A DNA stretch of 64,000 nucleotides from positions 65,038,001 to 65,102,000 of the forward strand of contig OX597823.1 of NCBI GenBank assembly GCA_951406725.2, written 5' to 3'. The translations under genes and the position numbers were made by a program. Numbering within the stretch: position 1 is the first letter of the stretch; every line of letters starts with the position of its first letter. The notes under the pieces were generated by a model. It was not told the origin of the DNA and did no database searches. It worked only from the letters and a program-made list of their open reading frames with translations. This DNA is from Octopus vulgaris (taxonomy: Eukaryota). Below, one piece after another: positions 27,361 through 41,677 of this stretch.

Positions 27361-27440
<80 letters not shown>

Positions 27441-30400
27441 CGATGCATGTATATTTGTGAATGTGTTTGTGTGAGTTTGTTTTTATGTATGAAAATAAGA
27501 TAAATATTGATTGAAGTGTCTTCCATACCTTTAAGTAGTTTATCGTATTCCTTATAGTTGCATAAGGGAAAGGTGACGGACGGTAATACAAGTTTCATCT
27601 TAGTTTCTGAATTTATGTAATAATATATGTATCATCCATTTACATTTTGCTAAACGAACATCAATTCCGTTGTCCTTGGTCACGTTTGTTGTATAAATGA
27701 TACAAATAATGCTTACAATAATTTTGAAATGCATGATATCTTCAGCAAAAAGCACATTAGCTGCCATCATTTTCAGTTCAATGATATTTTCAAAAGAAAT
27801 AATGAAGGAATAAATGGAAATAAATATTGACAATTGGGAAAGCATGCCATTGAACAGGGTCTTATAGATGGTAGATTAAAACTGATCTCGTGGCTCCTAA
27901 ATTCAATTACGGTAACGATATGAAATTATTAGAACGTTGTAAGAGGAGAAACACTCGGTATAACTACCTCGCTATCTACTTTAATTCATCTGTGAAAGCA
28001 AATCGGATGCAATGTCTTTACGGATAATTGGACTGTCGACGAGAATACAAAACATAGCCGTTTATATTTAGCTTTGGGACACATTTCTATCCAGTGTTCA
28101 GATTTTTTGTTATAGTCTCTTAATACCAATTCCAATGGCGCCAATATAAAAATAAACACATGCACCTACACGCACGTGCACACACACACATGCATATGCA
28201 TGCTTACAAATGCACACGTGATGGAGGTATCTGCTTGCTTTTTCCAACTAGACAATGTTTTATAAGTTTATATTATAAAAATTTTAACGATTTGTGCTAC
28301 AATTTATCACTATATTCTGGAGTTTGCTTCAGTCATAGGCAGAGAGTAATTTCGGTATGATACCGAACTTCACAGAAGGATGTCAGAGCAACTTGTCTGC
28401 TGAAGTTTGAGTAGTTACAAAATACTTTTGATACACATGCCATACGAGATGGATTAGATGCTTTAGGGTTTATCTAGTAAAACGTTTCTAAGTTTTAACT
28501 TGATAGCTTGCGTCGTCCATTGGCACTCTCGTATAAATAGTAGCATAGTCGTCCGCTATATGACAAATACAATTTGCCTTCCAGGAATGCCTTACTTAAT
28601 TTTACTCTATTCTGAATCGTTCTTATATACGTACACACAGATGCACACAGATGAACACATATACATATTGAATAAAAGTTTAGCTTTTACTCAATATGTG
28701 CGTGTTCCTTCTGCTTTGTGGCTGGGAAAAGTCATTCATCTCCTCAGACATTTGAGATCAGAGAAAAGAAAACTATGACGGCTTTATTATTGAGAGAAGT
28801 TAACTTCCATTGGTTAGTTCGGGTTACATTGCTATAATGATTACTTAGGGACATCAGTTACTCTGTAGAAACACATATGTCGTAAAGAAGGCAGGATATT
28901 ATATGTTAGGTCATTTTTGGGTGCGCAAGTGTTATTGTGCTCTCAGTGTCTTCAAAAGTGGTGAGACAAAGTGGTGGAAACAATATTGGTTCAATGCCTA
29001 ATCATTTCTCAATCAGTATGTCAAGTACGGGAAAAATAACTCTGCTCTTGTTTCGTGCTAATTATGCCTCTTCAGTGAAACCTACATATATAATCGAACT
29101 TGTTGAATTAGCGACGAGACAATCATTAACTAGCGTTACACTTTAGCAACCAAAGTAGACGTAGAAAGGCTATTTAGAAAATATCTGTTTTGTTTTATAT
29201 GTACACGTATACATGCACATACAAAACTCAGTCATACACTCACAAAGCACACATACAGACATACACGCACACAAAGATACACATACACACAACCACACAC
29301 ACACATGCGCACACAAACACACACACACGTAATTTTATAGTACCAGGTCAGTCTTGACTTATAATCAAAGATGGTCCCGTCTTAATTAATCTGACACGAT
29401 TCCGTACTTTTTATGAAATCTTAGCATCAGAAGACCTCACACCGAGCATCTATATTATCAAATGCATCCTAACTACGACCACCCAATCTTATTTTCAGGC
29501 ATAGTAGTATATCCAGGTTGTACAGTGTGTCCTCTTTTCAAATGTTATGGTTTCAGTGTTATGGTTTCAGTGATATTTGTTTGCTTTTTCTAGCAGACTG
29601 GGCAATCGAATAAAGGGCCCTTCATTGGCACACCATACACAGTGTATTCAATATGTTGTTGTTTTTCTTAGACGATAAAGGTGGGTTGTTAGAGAAATGT
29701 GGCTGAAATTCCTTGCATATCGGAAATTCCAAACACGCTCGCTTGTTGGCTCGAGTGTAACAAGCCTACTAATGAAATTGAACCACTATTTTATAGCTGA
29801 CTGGGTGAATGCCATTCTAGTTTACACTACATATTACTTGCAATTTCTCTCTCTTCCTCCCTCCACCCTCTCTCTGTACGTGTGTGTGTTTAAATGAATG
29901 GACGTTCAGTAATAGGTATACACGACCTCAAAGCACATCAAAAACTGTACGTTTCGTACAGTACACCTTGCATGAAGTTTGCTTTGATCGCTAGCAGTTG
30001 GTGTTTCGTATTTCTGTTTCTACGATTCTTAATAATTGCACTCGCCTTCACTGAATGTCATTTGCAGCTATGACAACGTATGTTGTATTCAAGCGAAGAA
30101 TTAAGTTGAAATGATTATTGGAAGGGTTATATTAGATTATATTAACTGGAAAAGCATTTAAATCTCTCTCATCAGTTATGCGACTGACCCAAAGTACAAA
30201 TGTATGTTGGAATTTTGGGGGATTTTGATTTTAACCACAGAGTCAAATATTGAGACAGGAGAGTTTTAAAACTTATAATCAAGAGGGACGGTAATGTCAA
30301 CGTCCCTTTACAAGACCTTCGAGACACATAGGACAGAAAAAGAAATTTATTCCAAAATTGGGAACGTGACCTGATTGCTTGCAAAAAAGGTGTTCGGCCG

Positions 30401-30954
30401 AAGGCATCCAAGTTGCCGAGACGGTGGGTTATGTCTACCAGCTAAGTTGGGCATAATGTAATCTGTGGCTGGAGCAAATGCCACAAGGCATCTTATCTGA
30501 TGTTTTAACAGCTCCATCTATCAGCTTCCCTGAATTGGTATCTTTTTATCGACCCCGAAGAGAAGAAAGGTACCGTTGACCCCGGCGAAAATTGAACTTA
30601 GTGCGCAATAAGTCAGGTGAGATATTCTGTCCAATGCGTTGACGAATCTGCCAATTCGTCACCTTTACAAAAAAACTAAAACTAAAAAACGAGTAAAGGA
30701 AAAAGGTTTTGGATGGTCTGACATATATAAGAAGAGCAGCGCACATGGCTTTTTTTTCTGCAATGAAGGAAACAAACACCAATATATTGAGTTACTTTCT
30801 TAATCAATCTCTGCACTAAATACTTGCAATATGGTGTGGACTTTGCTAAAGGCACTGAAGGGCCAGGAGATAGTGTTAGTGCAGGCAATACATATTTAAT
30901 TTCGTTTTTGGATTTGGTTTGCAAGATTCTTTATATGAGTTCGTGTGTTGAAGC

Positions 30955-31182
30955 ATATTCTGTTGTGCCTGGGGAGAATAATTTTCTTTCTGTGCCTTAT
31001 AATGTAACACACTCGCCGGTAAAATTTCCACTTATTTCTTATTTTTATTTTTTTTTATTTTCTATTTTATTATTATTATTTTTTTAATTTTATTATTTTA
31101 TTTTTTTGGAAATGTTACCGGTGAGTGTGTTACATTATAAGGCACAGAAAGAAATTGACTCTACCCACGCACAATAGTACAT
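30955..31182. mobile_element. MITE with ~75-bp terminal inverted repeats
   Basis: tgttgtgcctggggag..tgtgccttataatgtaacacactcgccggtaaaatttcca pairs with tggaaatgttaccggtgagtgtgttacattataaggcacagaaag..gcacaata; T-rich spacer. Confidence 0.85.
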
Positions 31183-31835
31183 ATTTAATGTTCTACCAAA
31201 AACATTTATACTTAGCTGGCACCAGATAATATCTTTCTATTTACGCGACTGGTACGAAGTGAAGGCAATTTCATTATCGTATACGGAAGAAAATACATTT
31301 CCATGCTTCCAAACAGCAGTATGAATCTTGGAACTATATGATTTCAAAATAATCTTCTTACCCATACGGCCATTCGTGCACACCGAACAATTTGAAAAAT
31401 ACTTTTATCAGTATTAATATACGCTATCTAAAAATACAGACCCATAACATGCTTCTTTCTTCAAACAATGTTTCTTTTAAGCCTCACTTACCCGCATAAA
31501 ATCCCTAATAAAATCAATAATCGATATCGTGTAGGAGTCTTGGCTGCAGTGAAATTCTCTAAAATGTGATAAAAATGTAACACTAAAGGAAGATTTCTAA
31601 TATTTTTTCCAATTAAAAAGTTTGTACGTAAGTATATATCTGTTCGTGTGTGTGTGTAGTTTGATGCAATCTGAAGAATTCAATAGCAAACTTTTATTGA
31701 TAATATGTACTTTCAATTATTCTATTGAAAACCATCCTTCTCTAAGGGATACATTAAAAGTGCTTAAACTTTCGACCTCTTCTAGTGAACTTTTACACAG
31801 ACACAGACACACATATACATATATATATATATATA

Positions 31836-31912
31836 CAGGGATGGCCATAAGTCGCTTTACTCATTTCTTTATTATCATTAGAAATGGGTAAAGCGATTTA
31901 TGCCTATCCCTG
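31836..31912. mobile_element. 77-bp Tc1/mariner mini-MITE (MADE1-like hairpin)
   Basis: 33-bp TIRs cagggatggccataagtcgctttactcatttct / agaaatgggtaaagcgatttatgcctatccctg, 11-nt spacer, TA flanks. Confidence 0.88.
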
Positions 31913-31971
31913 TATATATGTTTTTGTGTGCGTGCACGCATTGTGATATATGTATTTTTATGTATTATGTG

Positions 31972-32025
<54 letters not shown>

Positions 32026-32239
32026 ATGTATATATATACTAATATTAGGGAGTATAACTCCAAACTTACAAGGAAAATTCAATTTAGTATTAAATCAAAT
32101 TTTACAGTATAAATATATGAAATATAAATTAGAGATAAACCCACTATTATACAACTCAAAGTGTGATAGACATAAATCAATAGTGGTTTTATCTCTAATT
32201 TATATTTTATATATATATATATATGTTTATTTATGCGCC

Positions 32240-32627
<388 letters not shown>

Positions 32628-34275
32628 TGCGTGCTTGTGTGTGTAAATTTATATTTGTGTACTTATGTAGAAAGATAGAAATTATGACTATATTCTAATT
32701 TATGCATTTACTTTTGGAATTTTTCGTATCTGCATATCAGGTTCATATATATAAAAGAGGAATAAAGCTTTAGAAATAATTTTTATTAACGTTTCCAGGC
32801 TACTTCAGCCATATTTTCAGGATATGGAGCGGTGCTGGCTTCTTTAGTATTCCATTTTGTAGTGAGTTGCATTTTTATGTACTCTTTTCATCCAGAATTT
32901 TGTTTGTGTGTGTGTGCGTGTGCAGATTTTACCGCTTACGTAGAAAGACACACATATAATGCCTACAAAATCTTTATGACTACAAAATGTCACATTTTAG
33001 GAACTTCTTTCCCATAAATGAAAATCATAAAATAAACACCAATTAATAATGGATATTCAAAGGAGGTAGACCAAGGTATTGAAGAATAAATATGCAACAC
33101 AGTGATAAATGCATTAGACAGCGCTATTTCTAAAAGTACATGTATAATACGCACGGTTCACTATATGAATCGCCTACTTTGAAAAGCATATAAAACGAAA
33201 ATGACACACCAACTCATAAAATGACACTATAATAATAATAATAATATGTAACAAAACTTTAACATAAAGAAAAATGTTCCTCTTAATCTACTAAACAGCA
33301 CAAACATGTAAATAACAAAACGAGCTTAAATGTCCAATTCAATTTATAAAGTTGACTGCAAAAATAACAGGTGCATACTGTTATATTGGCCAGATAATTA
33401 CAACAATCTCTTTTTGGTTGCGATATATTTACAATGAGCTATTATCAAAGCACAGCATCATATGCCATAGAACAAAGCCAGATAGTAAAATATTAGCAGA
33501 TGGTACATGCATAGCTTATATAATTTCCCAGAAACACACGATCGATTGTGGAAACAATACTCCTATCACAACATAAGGCTGTGCAATTAATACTCAAACA
33601 ACGTACACTTGTGACATGTAGATTTTTCGGTCAATATACGAATCGGATGACGTACAAACTAAACAGGAAAAATTCTAGCCGTAAAGTCCACAGAAACCAA
33701 GACTATATACTGCAAGAAGAGGCTGTACAGAAGCTAGCACAACTGCATATCCTGAAAATTGGTAACATATAACTGTAAGAACTTATAAAAAATGAATTTG
33801 GGAATTAATTGTTCCAAAAAATCTTCATGGGTCTGATGCACAAAATGAAGTTACCATATAAAAAGAAAAAGAGTTTAAGAGCCATGTTTTCAATACATAA
33901 GGTTTAAAAAACTGTTCCTCTTACATATATACATGAATGCATACATATACATATATATATATATCCATCCATCCATCCATCCATCCATCCATCCATCCAT
34001 CCATCCATCCATCCATCCATCCATCACACACACACACACACACACACATACACACATGTATATAGGCTCCCGGGTTCATTCCCACTGCGTCATGTACTAT
34101 AGTTCCAGATCAACCAAATCCTTGTGTGTAGATTTAGTAGGCAGAAACTAAGTTGTGTGTGCGTGTGTGTGTATGTATATATATATATATATGTATATAT
34201 ATTTATATATATATATATATATATATGTGTATATATATATGTGTGTGTATATATATATATATGCATATATAAATA

Positions 34276-34317
<42 letters not shown>

Positions 34318-34520
34318 CATGCATACATACACACACACGCACACACACACACACACACACACATACATATATATATATTGCGTAAATCATCGAAGTAGAT
34401 GACAGATTTTCGTTGGCCAAATTCCTTTATCGTGAGAATACAAAATACATAAAAAATTTATCGAAACATTAGGTTTCAGGCGCTCCAATATTGCAATCCA
34501 AAGAAAAACCGTAGTACAAA

Positions 34521-34604
34521 ACCGTACGATTGTTTCAGAGAATGCGTTTGTATCGGGCGAATTTTCCAGCCAATAACAATAGTCGTATTTCCCTCATCAG
34601 AGGT
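34521..34604 (-). ncRNA. Hammerhead ribozyme-like motif with extended stem II
   Basis: Minus strand reads acct-CTGATGA-GGGAA...TTCTC-t-GAAA-C-aatc-G-TA-cggt. Confidence 0.5.
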
Positions 34605-34619
34605 ACAAAAAGAAGAACA

Positions 34620-34649
<30 letters not shown>

Positions 34650-34659
<10 letters not shown>

Positions 34660-34844
34660 AATTAAGGACTGAACACGAAAAGTGGACAGTCAACATGCTA
34701 GATATAGACGTCAAATCGCCATTCTCCACAAAAGATTATGTTCTTTTGTGGAACATAATCTTTTGTGGAGAATGGCGATTTGACGTCTATATCTAGCATG
34801 TTGACTGTCCACTTTTCGTGTTCAGTCCTTAATTGGTATATATA
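34650..34844. repeat. Perfect long palindrome (94-bp arms, 7-nt loop)
   Basis: 34650-34743 is the exact reverse complement of 34751-34844; the loop is ttttgtg. Confidence 0.95.
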
Positions 34845-34921
34845 AATATTTTAATCTTCGGATTCTTTTTTAATATGCTAGACCACTGGTCTTAATTGAT
34901 AAATATCAATTTCTACCCTTA

Positions 34922-34983
<62 letters not shown>

Positions 34984-35067
34984 ATATATGTATATATTTA
35001 TAAATTTAACCATTAAAGGTATTTTTTAATATGCTGGCCATTGATAGAATGTTATCCTACATTAGAT

Positions 35068-35106
<39 letters not shown>

Positions 35107-38100
35107 GCTAGACCACTGGTGTTAAATTGATGTTATCAAATTAATACCCAAATTTTCACCCTCATTTTAATTTTAATATATATATATATACATATATGTT
35201 CATGTGTCGGTGTTTGTCCATCACTTGACAACCGATGCTGGTGTGTTTATGTCCCTGTAACTTTGTGGTTCTGCAAAAGTGACCGAAAGAATAAGTACTA
35301 GGATTACAAAGAATGTGTCCTGAGGTCTATTCGTTCGACTAAAGCCGCAATCAAATGATCGATACAAGTAAAATATACATATATATATATATACAAAATA
35401 AGAAAATGGAGAAATACATCCAAATCAAATATCAATTACCAGATAATACCCAATCACATACTTTATTAAACCACCACATAAGAAACTTTAAGGTCAAACA
35501 TAATAATATAGTATAGAACAAAACAGTGTACATAAAGGAGTGTACATAAAGGAGTAATGTGATACAATAAGTAATATATATATATAGTGTGTGTGTATGT
35601 GTGTAAGCGTTCGTTGAAAAGATAGAAAGCGAAAACATACCATCATGGATGGTGTCCAAACTGCAGTGGACAAGGAAAACCACCGGATATGGTTAAAAAG
35701 AGACAATGAGCAATGTGTAGAAGAATTATAAGCAGAGCCACCTTTCAGTGAGTGGGGCCGATGCGTAATGTTGTCGTCGAGAGGACGACCCGGAAATGGA
35801 GCGCATTCTCTCCTGATGTTCCTGTAAGCTTGCTAGCATCTGGTATGCTGAACTTTCAACTGGTAGCAGTAGCATCGGCAAGTTGTTTGAAAAAACAAAC
35901 AAACAAAGAATCTATTATGACGTCATTCAACTGTTGTCGTCATGGTGACTGTTTGTTAAACTTAAAATGTGTGTGTATTTGTTTGTATATATGTTTGTCC
36001 TGTTGAAAATAGGTATAGTGAATTGTAAATATCACGTGGAGTGGATTCCCGATCTCGTTATTTTTTCTGGGATGAATTTAGTTATGCTTGCAAATTTGGC
36101 TGAAAATAATTACTAATATTACCAAAATCTTAGCCTTTATCTGTCGTCAATTTCATTATCATTTAAACCTTGAAGACTTTTTTTTTTTTTTAATTAAAAG
36201 CAAATAATTATAATACGTGGAATTTCTACTGACTACGTTTGTCAGTAGGCATATTCCAGTCTCCAGTCTTTCTTTTATAATATCATCGTTGCATTGGAAC
36301 AGAGATGTAAATATTTCAGCCAATCCATAGTCGATAGTTGTATCACTGAAAAATCATGTCCTCAGGGTAAGGTGCTCCAACGATATTTAAAATAACTCGA
36401 TGATTCTTCTGTTAGACATTCTTATTATTACTGTTACTGAAAACATTAAATGAGTTGTATGAAGCTGACATCGAAGTAATAGTGTTATCGGGAATTAATG
36501 ACAGCTCATTTGCATTCATATTTGTAAATACAATAATTTATTGAAGTTTTGCCGATAAAATGCTGAAAGAATCTGATAATATTCACTACTCTATTGAATC
36601 AAACAATAACTTACTTGTTAAATACATATTTTATATAATTTGCAAGCTAAATTTATTTTCTTTTAAACTTCCGATGAACAAGTTTGTCACTCAGTTAAAT
36701 TACCTTTTATAAAAGTACAAAGATAAACTCAAATACTCAACAAGTTTACATCTGTTCATAAATCGTGTTCAAACAATAAACATGACGTATGGATTATAAA
36801 AATGTCTTTATCAATCTAAAACTCTTCATAAAGTAATTCATATTGATGTATTTAATGAGAATCAAGGCTGCGCTTGCAAAATATACATTCATCTCTGGCT
36901 ACACGTAATGCATTACTGAAATTTTAGGATCTTTTCCGTTTGCTTCCGATCATTTAAAGGCTTTTCAATTCTCAATGGATTGTTTTCAAATTTTCAACTC
37001 ATGCAGTTTTGCATGTCGATGACGAATATTACTTGCATTTCCCCGAAAACTTTGTAATTAACGAGAAAGAAGCATTTTAAGATATATATTTTTAGCCAAT
37101 GAAATTAACTCAAGGTTTTCACAAGTGGAAATCAAAACTGTTTGCTGCCATATTTGCTATGGCAACAAGCTATCGTTGAAAAGGCAGATAAGAGAGGTGT
37201 GAAAATTGAATAGGTCTTTTAAATAAAGAATCTAATGAAAGCAAACGTAAAATAAGACTCATTTTAAAGTAGGAATTTAATGGGGGAAAAAAAAGAGAGA
37301 TTTAAAACAGTAGATTTAATTGAAAGAAAACAATGATTAAATATTTCCGACCTGCTGCTAGAAATAATTGCCAAAATGAAACGAAAACACATACACTGTC
37401 AATGAAAGAAGACAATGTTGAAACAAATTAATACAACAGAATGTTATGAAATTAACGAAACTAAGATATCCACCGCAGTGTCTTTTGAAACAAGTCTTCT
37501 TTTTCATACCTGCGGTGCCATATAATCCTGCAGATACGAGTCCATTGTAGAACGGTTAGTGCCATCGCGCCATTTATTCCCTCGTTCAAAACAGGAACAA
37601 GTGCTTTGTACATGTTTAGTATGGGTTTACAAACTCAACATTGTGGTTCACCGTTCTATAGCGAAACTGGCATCCTGGTATTTCAGGAATATGCCAAGTA
37701 GGTACGCCAAAGGTCACTGTAAGTCGTTGATACCGGTGGAATTGATTGACGAACGCGTTCTTCGAGTGTATTACGGTCTCCAGAAAATATGACAGAAAAC
37801 AAAAGATCTTCTGCTCAGACCTTCTGTAAATAATTTTCGTAATCTACTCCCGCACCAATCTCTTTTTCTTCACAAAATTTACTCTCCTCAGCTCTTTCAC
37901 CAAGCAGCAAATAAATAATATTTTTCTTCCGAATGAAAGGGATCCCCCTTCCAACCACGTGTCTCCTCTAATAGACTCAGACTCCCGGCATTATCTCTTG
38001 CGACATGTTCGTTATACGCAGTCAGAGAACTAATGAAGGAAGTGGAGTTGCCATGACAAGGAGCAGTTTCGACTTCTTCTGTGAGGACAGTGGTTTAAAA

Positions 38101-38349
38101 TTCATTGGCTGAAAATATACGTAACTTTGATTGCTTCTAACTTCTTTATGATAAAATTTTCAAAATAATAACTACGATATTCGTCATCCGTAAGCAAAAC
38201 TATATCAAAAGCGCATGTTTTTGAAAATTTCTAGATTAAGATTTGCGATTGGAAGATAACGGAAAAGATGCTAATTTATATTAAATTTCAAAGACATGTT
38301 TTGAAAAGAAATAAAATGAAATTCTTACTTTACTATACTAGAGTTAATA

Positions 38350-39170
38350 TTGATTTCAAATTTTGGCCTGCGACCAACAATTTGGGGGAAGAAGGTAAAT
38401 CGATTACATCCACCCCGATACGTAACTGGTACTTATTTTATCCACGAAGGAAAAATAAAAAGCAAAGTTGACCTTGGCGGAATTTGACTTCAGAACGTGA
38501 AGCCGACGGAATGTCATCAAGCATATTGCCTGGCGTGCTAACGACTCTCTCAGCTGGCCGCCTTAAGTAGATTTAATATTGGTTTCACATTTTGGCACAA
38601 GGCTAGCATTTTCGGGTGTAGGATCCAATAGATTACATCTACCCCAGTGCTCAACTGGTACTTATTTCATTGACCCCAGAAGGATGAAAGGCGGAGTCTA
38701 TCTCGGCGAAATTTGAACAAAATGTAAAGAGGGACGATTCTGCCTACTCGCCGCCTTAAACACGGTCTAATATTCGTTTCTACTCTAGGCACAAGGCACG
38801 AAATTTTGGGGGAGAAGGCCAGTCGATTGGATCGAGCCAGGTTGCAACTGGTACTTAATTTATCGACCCCGAAAGATGAAAGGCAAAGTCGACCTCGGCG
38901 GAATTTGAACTCAGAACGTAAAGACAGACGAAATACCTATTTCTTTACTACACACAAGGGGCTAAACACAGAGAGGAAAAACAAGGACAGACAAACGGAT
39001 TAAGTCGATTATATCGACCCCAGTGCGTAACTGGTACTTATTTAATCGACCCCGAAAGGATGAAAGGCAAAGTCGATCTCGGCGGAATTTGAACTCAGAA
39101 CGTAACGGCGGACGAAATAACACAAAGCATTTCGCCCGGTGTGCTAACGTTTCTGCTAGCTCGCCGCCTT
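38350..39170 (-). mobile_element. Head-to-tail cluster of family B SINEs (about 4 units)
   Basis: Repeated aactggtactta..aaagtcgacctcggcggaatttgaac..cgccgcctt units; aacacggtcta flanks the youngest unit (38759 and 39171). Confidence 0.88.
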
Positions 39171-41306
39171 AACACGGTCTATTCATGTTCGTTTTAATAA
39201 AGTCTAAAGTATAGTTTGCTTGATTAATAAAGTAATTTAATTAGTATTATACTAGATGCATCATTAATGATTGCTTTCTGAAGTAGTGTAGTTTCTGTGA
39301 AGTGTGTATATACACATTTGCATACCTTACCACAGTACATAGAATATTTTAAACTTCGCATAAAAAAGATAAATGCTATTATTTGTTGCTATTGCAAGGC
39401 TTATTGGCTCATACCATCTCGTACTCATTTAGTTAATAATCTGCATATTATTGTTATGTTAATAAATTATTCATCCACCAAGAATTTACTCCACTAAATT
39501 ATATTTACATATTTTAAAGTATATGTGTGTAGAATTATTGACTTTTACTCAAAGAGCTATATTTTCGCGACTAAGTTTTAAATTTACGATAACTTTTTAT
39601 TCGCATGGAACATTAAAAGCTACTGGAACCCTTGGTCGGAAGCATAAGGGTTGGTGTCTACAGTTTAAAATATGAAATAGTGGTTGACTGAGCTGTGGTA
39701 TACAAAAAAACAAACCACAGATCGTTGAAATACGTCTCCTCGTTCGTGTTAAGATTCTGTTCAACATCCGAATACTTAGTGCTTAACAGATAATTCCATG
39801 TAAATCTATGTGAAACAAAAAACTTTTTACTCAGTCACAAGATAGTAGAAAGATATAGAAACATATCTTCTGACTTATCATCTAATTAACCGTTCTAAAA
39901 AGTAGCGTTTGTAGGGTTTCGAATCTTTTTGACGGGAAGCAATTGATCGATTACAACAGCTTCTGTAATCGACTGATATTTTATTGTATTTTATGAATGG
40001 CAAAGTTGGTCTCTGTGGGTTTTGAGCTCAAAAAGTACAGAACCTAAAGATAAAATGCAGGAAAGTTTGCCCAACGTTCTAACAATTCAGCCAAACAGAC
40101 ACCGCTGATTTGAATCTGCTTGGTAGTCCTCTAAAGGGCATCTGTTAAGGGGCAACAGCTGTAGCTAAGGCATACAGAGATTCGCGGAGAGCTGGTCCTT
40201 AGACAAGTGTCACATACGTATGCCGACTGGTGTGTAGACATGCTTAAATGTGACGTGAACCAGACTAAGAGTTGAATAGGCTCTTGCGTGAAGGGTAAGG
40301 TTAGAGGAGCGGGGAACTAGTATAATACACCTTAAATGAACCGGCAGTGTCAATGGGAAAACACTGCTGTATCTTTCCTAGAAAAATTCTAGCTCTTCAG
40401 ACAGTGGCACATGAGTCAGTGCTCATTGATATATTTTGACTAATCAGATGAAGAGAGGGTGAGAGAGAAGAGGAAGAGACATGTATAAGTCTCAAGTTAG
40501 GTTATGAAATTATTGTAATATTTCCATAGCTTCAATTTTACTTACTGAGAGGTATGATAGAAAAATATTTGAACAAGTACTAGGGTCGGTGTAGTTTAGC
40601 TAAACATCCAAATCTGTAGCCTTGTACGGAAGTTAGAAATGAATATTCTCATCTTTACTGTAAGCGTAAACCGGTGATAATTTCATACCCTTAGTCGACC
40701 ACTAAATGAACACACACACACATATGTGTGTGTTTGTGTGTGCGAATTATGTATGTATGTGTGTAGGACCTTTATCGGTCAATGAACTTATATTTCAACT
40801 CAGTAGATGTATGTACAGGTTGTTCAAGAAATTTCATGGAAAACTATCGGTTCTCCATGCATACAATCTTCTTTCTCCTCGCTACCAATGTTAAACCCGA
40901 GAGAAAATATGGTTGGCATCACTGTCGTCGCAGTCGTTACTCTCAGAATAATAAGAATAAAGGGCCGAGGCAATACTGCAAGACATCTTATCCAGCCCTC
41001 TAACTATTCCGCCAGTCAACTGCTCTAAAACGTTACTTCTTAATCCATCTCCGAAAGGATGAAATCAAAATTGACCTTGACCGGATTTGAACTCAGAGAG
41101 AAGAGTGTCGCAACAAATACCAAGAGGCATTCCATCCACACTGTAACGACTCTGACAAATTGTTTTACAACTGTGTATGTGTGTGTGTGAATGTGTGCTT
41201 ATATACACACGCATGTATACATACATACGTACATATACATACATACATATACACATACAGACACACATAAATGTGCATATATATACATACATACATATAT
41301 ATATCT

Positions 41307-41608
41307 CACGTGATCACATGACCGACCAGACCATCAGATGTTGTTACACATCGCTGGTCACAATGCGTTCGCATTGTTTTAGACTTCGAATGACGCCACC
41401 CCGCTGGCTAAGCGAGCAGGGCAACAGAAGAAAGAGTGGGAGAAAGAGTGGTGAAATAGTACAGCAGGGATCACCACCCCCTGCCGGAGCATCGTGGAGC
41501 TTTTAGGTGTTTTCGCTCAATAAACACTCACAACGCCCGGTCTGGGAATCGAAACTGCGATCCTGCGACCGCGAGTCCGCTGCCCTAACCACTAGGCCGT
41601 TGCGCCTC

Positions 41609-41610
<2 letters not shown>
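41307..41610 (-). mobile_element. SINE family C
   Basis: Head homologous to 32400-32531. Confidence 0.85.

Positions 41611-41677
<67 letters not shown>

Larger units (their letters stand above)
33675..37870 (-). pseudogene. Probable decayed multi-exon class A (rhodopsin-like) GPCR
   Basis: Ordered TM-like segments on the minus strand, read across frameshifts: HSKNAFV/NSTGINDL/VTFGVP (TM2), KALVPVL..MALTVL/MD-RICRII (TM3), donor CAG|gtatga at 37510; KLTT/KAKILVILVIIFS (TM4, ~36090-36168); LPMLLL..YQML..EHQERMRS (TM5-ICL3); FFYTLLIVSF*PYPVVFLV (TM6), donor at 35641; acceptor ttttcag at 33751, YAVVLASVQPLLAVY (TM7). Confidence 0.42.

Noticed and set aside
27169-27591. Poly-N/poly-K and poly-L/poly-F ORFs
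   Set aside because: Products of (TTA)n and (TTC)n microsatellites.
28351-28367. Small hairpin ttcggtat-g-ataccgaa
   Set aside because: An 8-bp stem is expected by chance in 64 kb.
36240-36560. LRR-like fragments on the minus strand (ITSMSASYNSF, LEHLTL, LKYLHLCSN)
   Set aside because: Spread over different frames and lying inside the inferred GPCR intron; cannot be separated from chance without a search.
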